From Eutreptiella sp. 'Long Island Sound 2002' (lineage: Eukaryota; Protista; Euglenida), in assembly GCA_964036045.1 (NCBI GenBank), contig OZ038378.1:24304001-24368000 (forward strand): a stretch of 64,000 bases of DNA. The letters are read 5' to 3'. This document shows, piece after piece, positions 57,531 through 64,000 of the stretch. The position numbers and the translations under genes are program-made. Within the stretch, counting starts at the first letter, position 1. Each line of letters opens with the position of its first letter. Below the pieces are notes generated by a model. That model did not search any database. It saw only the letters and a list, made by a program, of their open reading frames with translations, and was not told the origin of the DNA.

Positions 57531-60009
57531 GACACATTGGGATTGGTTGCTCAACCCGTGACGTGGCGCACAATCATGCGTGATTGTCTTGCCATTCACC
57601 TTGTACTGCATGTTCAAGATCGCCGTCCAGCTTGGAAGGGCTCACAACAATTGCAGAAACTCTCTCCAATGTACTTGAACGATGATAGATGACGTTGGTG
57701 CCGGGGACAACCCACACAAAGGCATGTTGTTGCAGAGCTGTGAGACAACAAGAATTTAGTACCTACACCACCTCATGGTTCGGCAGCATACCTGCAGCAA
57801 ATGGGCACAGCAACACCTGGTTCTGGCCTCCTTAGTGAGTGGTACAGGTCCCTAGGTCCCTGTGTGTCCCCCGATATTCTCAAAGTTTGAACGGCGTGCG
57901 CACCATGGAAAGAGCGCCCTCCTGGGAGGTGCAACCCCTGCTGGAGGTTTGGTGGCCTGTGTCCTGGTCCCAGCAACAAAATGCAATTATTCACCTTTTG
58001 CCCATTCGGTCCAAATGCAGCCTGAAAATAGCAATATCCTCACTACATGTGGCCATGGGGGGGGGGGGGGGGGCTGGGTGGCCTGGATTCACCTGGGGCC
58101 CACACCTCATTTGGGAGGACCCAAATGGCTGCACCATGGCTAAGTCTAGATTGGCGCCCAGCTTTTGGAAGGAGGACCCGGCCCACAAAAGGGAGAAAAG
58201 GGAAAGACCTTGGGGAGGGGAGGGTTCCACCCATTTGACCGTCTGGCATTGACTTGCATCAACCTTCCTCCTTGCCATGTCTGTTGAGAGTCCCTGATTC
58301 AATGAAGTAACAGCCAAGAGCCAGATCCGCGCCTCAGGGAGACCTGCGCCCTCCCCAAAGGGCCGTTCCATCCATCCATCCATGGGAATACCCTCACTCT
58401 GAAGCACCCTTTGGCTCAATGGAACTCCGACACCGTCCCACCAGAAATCCGCCACATTTGTCCCACACAATACAGCCTACATGACTTCATCGAATCAATA
58501 GGTGCTACAGGACTGTAGAGGGTGGCTTCGGGGGGCGGGTCCAAGGGCAGAGGTGCGCAATGGAATGAGGTTGCGGAAACTGTGCAGACTGGTAGAGGTC
58601 GCCAAGGGCTGTGTAGGGTTGTTGGGTGTATGTGGCTATGCAGGGTTGGAAACAGTAGTCGAAGATGGGGCTGCAGAGGATGTGGTGGATTGCGGATGAA
58701 GTGGGCCCTGGGTGCGTTCCTGCAGTACAATGCAGGGAACGAAGATTACATCCTCATTCTTTTGCAATGCTGTGTACACCGGGTGCTGTCCTCCGCGAGC
58801 TGCAGCCTTGTTTGAGCGAGGCGCAGTCCTGTATCCGCACAGTGCAGTGTCTTGTATAGCATCATGCATCACAACAGGAAATAGGATAATTAGGGTCAGG
58901 GAAAGATTGAGCCGCTGGTCAGTGAAGAGGAGTCAGTATTGACATGAGAGATCTCATTGACATGAGAGATCTCGAATAGAGCATTTGCACAGCAGTGTAC
59001 AACCAGGCATCATACCACTTCAGACTAGGCTGAGGGATGCAGGTCAGGGCCTGTGCCCTTGCGGGTTCTTGCACAGGCTATGGTAGTCAAAGGTATGGAC
59101 TGTCCTGCCACTGAACAATTTAAAACCCTCCGAATTCTCGCACACTATGAACCGCCGTGTGAGGCTTCTGGGGTATTGCAGTGAGTGATCCAGGTGCCAT
59201 AAGCAACTTGTAGGGAGGGGTGGAGACAGGCACAAGGATAGCAGACAGTTGATAGGGACAGGGAACAGGGAGGGAAGCAAGGGCGATTGTAGGGACAGGG
59301 GCAGGGAAAGGAAGAAGCAACGGCAATGGAACAATGACTGTCATGCACCAAAATCCTGGTCCTGTAACTTGGTGTTTGGGTGTGTCTGTATGTGCACGCG
59401 CGTGCGTGAAACACGCAGGAGAATTCGAAACCATGCACAACCTGCAATATTCAACTGTTCAACTGCGACAAACCTACACGAGCTGCAACAAACCATGAGT
59501 TCAAAGCCAGGCTTGAAAACCCCTCATGGCGTTTAGGCTTCAGGTTGCAATGCAATTGCTCAAAAGGTCAACCCTCCAATGCTAAATGCTAAATGCACAA
59601 AGTAGTCACTCCACAACAACGAAACCTGAGTATCGCCAGGGTGGCGCTAGACATTCATACCAGTAGGGGAATACAGCACACATGGTAGGCTACGCAGTAA
59701 AGAGTACAGGGGGAGAACAGGGGGCCAAAACCCACTAATGACCAAAATCGACACTATCAGGAAGCGCCCAATGTTGCCCAAGCAACATCAATTTGTGGAT
59801 CAGGTTGTCTTACGTTGGTCCTGCGTGTTTTCGGCGAGTCTTGAAGCCGTACCTCAATCCACCTCTGTCCTCTACACCTCTACATATAGTGGGTCGTGGA
59901 GGTCTGAGGCCGCACAGCGGCCAAAAGTAAGATGTTAATCCCGTTGCAGCTGCTGCCCGTGTTGATTGGTGCATTGAAATGCCAATCTCCCTTCCAGGCC
60001 CCCATAATA

Positions 60010-60117
60010 CACACACGCGCACGCGCGCACACACGCACTCGCACGCGCTCTCATTAACAAACACACACACACACACAGCTTCTCTCTCTCTCTCTCTCTC
60101 CCACACACACACACAGA
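60010..60117. repeat. Compound (CA)n/(CG)n/(CT)n microsatellite
   Basis: Direct reading. Confidence 0.9.
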
Positions 60118-61260
60118 GTACGCCCTAGTGGATTAATCCATAGTCCACAAGCGTGGGTCTCATGGAAAAAATGTATAAGGAGAGGAGCAGGTCAGCGCTA
60201 ACGATTCGCTATCTGCACGTTGCGCAATAAAACATTGAGGCATCCATGAAGAACGGGCAGGTCCTTGGTCCACACAAAACCCAAAAGAGTTCTGGGTGTT
60301 CCGTCGCACCAAACAAGCAAACCAGGCCGTATGAACAGAACCACCCTGAGACTGCCCCTCTGTTTGACAGCGCCGTCCAGGAAGATCTTCTGGGACTGGT
60401 CCACTCCAAGGCTCTTGACTGAAACATAGTTTTGATTTCAGCCTCTTTCAGCCATGACCCATCGCACATCTTTGCCTGCCTCCTCGCAATGAGTGGGCGT
60501 AAAGAGTGGGACGTGGCTCAGCAGCAACTCCGTCCCGAAATTGGCCCGATAGAAGGAAACAACGCAATGAAGCCAACATATCACCCACGGGAATCCCAGT
60601 CCACAGGTCTACACGCGGCTGGTCTGCATGGTCCTGGGGCCGGGGGCCTTCCGGGGGGGGGGGGGGGGCTATGTCTGGGTGGGGAGCTGCTGGCCCCAGC
60701 ATAAGGGGAGGGGGGCGTCACTCCACAGCTCATCCACCAAGCAGTCTCGGGGACCTCCCTCTTTTTGGATCCTGGATCCGCAAACAAATGGTGCCCCCTT
60801 TTTTTAGTGCCTACCAGGGGTGGATATAGTCCCCCCCCCCCAGGCCCCCCCCCGATGACGATTGCAATTACAATTGACCCGTTTGGCTGAACCAGCAGTT
60901 TTACCAGAGGGCTGATGGCAAAAAAGCGTCGCAACATAGTGCTGCCTGGATTTCAACTGACGACCCTCAGTTCATAAATCTGTGCATATACCACTGAACC
61001 AATGAGCCAATCTGTTAGTGGTCAATACAGGACAATCCATTGCACAGAGATTGGTGCATCCCATGAAGACAGTCCACACAGTTCAATCATTTCTTCACAC
61101 TGCCCTTGTCACTACGTGTCTTGCGTTTACGTGCCTGTAAAGTGAAAAAGGAGCAATTGTAATCGTCATTCCGTCATCACCGCCTCCTGGCTCAGCACCC
61201 CCCCCCCCCACCCTGCCCCCACCTTGGTAATGTCGTCACTGTTATATCCACCCATGGTGC

Positions 61261-61752
61261 CTACTGCTTGTCCGCAGCTTGCTCCTGCAGATCGGCAAAA
61301 TCCCGCAACTGCTGAAGGATCTGCTCAACTGCCGCCGTCATTTCCGGTTGACATAGGTACCCGGATTGGTTGTCGTCGCATGCCTTGAATATGCGCAGCA
61401 ACTCCGCTGGCGAGATGCGCCGTGCAAGGTCAGGCGGCAGCCACCCCTGCACCCCATTCGTGAGCTCATCCACCCCGACCAGGAAGTCCATGTCCAAGTC
61501 CAGCGACGCAAGGGCCATCTGCGCGATCTTTTCAACCTTCGCGGGATCAGCAAGGATCGTGGCGACGTCGTCAAGGGTCGCAAGCAGGGGGACGTCGGTC
61601 AAAGCGGGCCGCTTCTTGCTGCCGACGGTGAGGGTCAGCGTGTGATGGTCGCCGGCGCGGGACACTGTAACAGAGACTTCGAGTCCAATCTTTTTGTGAG
61701 CCTTCATGGCCTGGCTAAAAGTGTGCCGGTCGTTGGTGACCATGTCGCCGAT
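61261..61752 (-). CDS. Last exon of a C2-PDZ-EF-hand protein: PDZ C-terminal half and an EF-hand pair
   Basis: Acceptor ctgcag|ATC at 61752 after a (CCCT)n tract, phase 0. IGDMVTND...VSVTVSRAG completes the PDZ. EF loops DLDMDFLVGVDE (61500-61465) and DDNQSGYLCQPE (61377-61342). Stop at 61261. Confidence 0.85.
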   Translation of the reverse strand: MGDMVTNDRHTFSQAMKAHKKIGLEVSVTVSRAGDHHTLTLTVGSKKRPALTDVPLLATLDDVATILADPAKVEKIAQMALASLDLDMDFLVGVDELTNGVQGWLPPDLARRISPAELLRIFKACDDNQSGYLCQPEMTAAVEQILQQLRDFADLQEQAADKQ

Positions 61753-62564
61753 CTGCAGAGAGTAAGAGGGAGGGAGGGAGGGAGGGAGGGAGGGAGGGAA
61801 GGAGGGAGGGAGGGGGGGAGGGAAACACAGAATAGAAAGAGGTGGTGGGTGGGTAGGGGTGGCTTCTGTATTGGCTTGGATTCCCTGCTTCCCTACCCCA
61901 CATGTTCTACCGCTGTTGGCATGTCTTAGGCGTTGTGCTGTGGTGGGTCATGCTTGACCCCCATGCATGACTGCACCGAGACAGCCAATTGCAGTCCAAT
62001 CTTCTGTTGCGGACACAACGAGGACTAGCTACGAGCGCTGAATTCCGTTGCTCGAGAGCCCATTCTGTTCGCACTGCTCAAGATACTTCGGTAGATGCAC
62101 AGCTTGCGTTGTGTCTTCATGACCACTACATAAAACGGCATCTGAACGGGTTGGGGGGATAACCCGCGTGTCATATAGTGCGCCTATGCAGGAGCTTGAA
62201 GAGTGGGAAATGCAGCGTTTTTATTCATCACATACGCACACCTGTTATTGCATACGTGCGGTCGACACGTGGAGCAGAATGGTGATATGAGTGGCCCAAT
62301 AAGGACGGTGTGGAAAGGAGGCTTCCAAGCGTAGAAACAAAGTAGAGGCTAAGAAAATGCCCACCTGTCCTGTGTGACGCACCAGGTACCTCTAATCTCT
62401 CTCTTGTTGCGCGTTTTTGCTGACGTCTGCTGCGTCGTGAGCCCACGAATCCTGACAATTGTGTTGTTGTTGCTGTTGTTCGCGAAATGGGTACCCGAAA
62501 TACGAGAACTAATCATTTCTTCGACGTCAATGACATGCGCACGGTGGGTGGTCCGGGGGTGCAC

Positions 62565-64000
62565 CTGCAGCAGGAGGTCACCGTCCTGGAGACCTGCCTG
62601 GGCCGCGGGCCCGTCGGGCACGATGTCCTTCACGCACAGCCCGCCCTTGCGCTTCTTCACGAGAAAGCCCATGAAGGGTCGTCCCTCCTTCCGGTTGTTG
62701 ATGTCCGCGGCAGATGGGGGCCTTGAGTTTGGGGTCGCAGTGGAGCAGACGGGCTCAGAGGGGGAGCCCTCGGAGGCAGAGGGACGGGGGTGAACGTCCG
62801 CAGTTGTCGCAGCCGCAGCGCCAGTGTCAGCGCTGATCGGGTCCAGTGGCGCCGACTCCTCCGTGACTGAGCGTGAGGCCAGTGGCGTGCCCAGTGCCGG
62901 CTGCCCCGCGTCCTCTGGAGTAGGCCCTCGTAACGGCGCAGCAGCGCTGCATTGCAGCAGCGCAGCCGCCGCGGATGGCCCGCAGCCCTCTGTTGGCGCG
63001 ACTGCCCGAGACCGAGGGGTCGCCGATGGGGGGGACGGTGTGGGGGACGTGCGGGCAGTGCACACTGCACTGCCCGAGGGCCCGGCTGCACCCTCCGTCT
63101 CGCCGTCTCGATGGGGCCAGCGCACTTGCACCAGAATCCGCCCCTTTTTGGCCCCCGTCGTGACGTCGTCGAGGTCCACCCACAGCTCGGTCCCGTGCTG
63201 CTGCGGGTCCATGGCCACAGACCCGATCCCGATCAGCTCGTCCGGCTGCAGCGGGACCCGGTCGTAGCAGTAAAGGCGCAGCGCGCGCGCGCCCCCGGGC
63301 ACCACCACCGACAGCGTCTCGTGCCACTGGAACTGGATGGCGTCGACAATGGGCCCACGCGCGCCGTGCGTCGTCTCCGTGCACACGACCGGCGGCCGGT
63401 CATCGACCCCCACTTCGATGTACGGGTCCGCGAAACCGAAGGTCCCCTGGTTGGCCAACTGCTCGCCTCTCACCACCAACAGCGACAGCATCTGCGGTGC
63501 AGCCTCCGACGCGTCTCGGTCTTGCCCCTGCAACTGCGGCTCCGACCGGCGTCGGGACAGCCGAGACATCCGCCCCGGCAAGAAAAACGTGCCGGAAGCG
63601 GTGGTCAGTGGCACGCTGCTGCCGGCGAAGCGCCGCGGTGCGGCCTCTCCTCGATGCCCCTCATTGGAAGGGGGGCGCGCCACGGGGGCGGTGGGGCCGA
63701 ACGCGGGAAGTACGCGTGGGGGCTGCTGGCCGGAGGAGGCATAGAGAGCGGGACCCCGGGCCGTCAGCAGCTCTGCGTAGGTCAGCGAGGGATCGGAAGC
63801 GCCGGGCTCTGGGGCTGACATTGGGGTTGGGGTTGCGGGCGGCAGCAACGGCGGCACCGGGTTTGCGCTCCGCGGCGGCGGTGACTTGGGGGTTGCCGCA
63901 TCGCCGGCGCCGTACAGCAGCACGACTGATCCGATCGGGGTGGTGGCGAAGCTGAGGAGCGTTTGCACCGATGGGCTCATGCTTCGGCTGTTGGTGGAGA
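62565..64000 (-). CDS. Large exon of the C2-PDZ-EF-hand protein (5' end probably outside the window)
   Basis: The frame is open to the window edge. C2 domain at about 63491-63113 (LLVVRGEQL...ADPYIEV...QWHETL...LRLYCYDR...DELIG), a Pro/Ser/Ala linker, and the PDZ N-terminal half PFMGFLV...VKDIVPDGPAAQAGLQDGDLLLQ. Donor CAG|gtgcac at 62565. Confidence 0.85.

Noticed and set aside
60198-60469. RNase H start (KIFLDGAVK) of another retroelement
   Set aside because: A single motif in broken frames with no supporting downstream motifs; not enough to annotate.
62374-63955. Long plus-strand ORFs opposite the C2-PDZ exon, and similar ones opposite other exons
   Set aside because: These are antisense shadows of GC-rich coding sequence with no independent domain signal.

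Overview
Eukaryotic, intron- and repeat-rich genomic DNA, most likely from a photosynthetic euglenid. This is an inference from a bipartite signal-peptide/transit-peptide/stop-transfer presequence and from AG acceptors just upstream of start codons that look like spliced-leader trans-splice sites. I reconstructed four spliced protein-coding loci, all on the minus strand and all with GT-AG introns. (1) A 6-exon, about 919-aa plastid-targeted RH22-like DEAD-box RNA helicase (20796 to 1421), whose targeting presequence lies in an exon about 10.4 kb upstream of the helicase core. (2) A partial gene ending in a NEK-kinase-type C-terminal helical domain (about 34505 to 28007), with no kinase domain found. 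(3) A 2-exon PRMT6-like protein arginine methyltransferase (51177 to 45639). (4) The 3' part of a C2 + PDZ + paired EF-hand protein running off the right edge (64000 to 61261). The rest is transposon debris and tandem repeats: decayed RNase H-bearing non-LTR retrotransposons, hAT remnants and MITEs with 8-bp TSDs, a tRNA-derived SINE-like head, and microsatellites. The two most unusual structures are (a) several PIF/Harbinger-like elements with GGGGG tips and 3-bp TSDs whose subterminal repeats are DIRECT rather than inverted, one carrying an open DDE core plus a C-terminal Cys/His finger, and (b) a 2-kb composite satellite (54450-56520) capped at both ends by a palindrome whose right arm is the array's repeat unit. 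All family assignments come from motif recognition by eye, not database searches.
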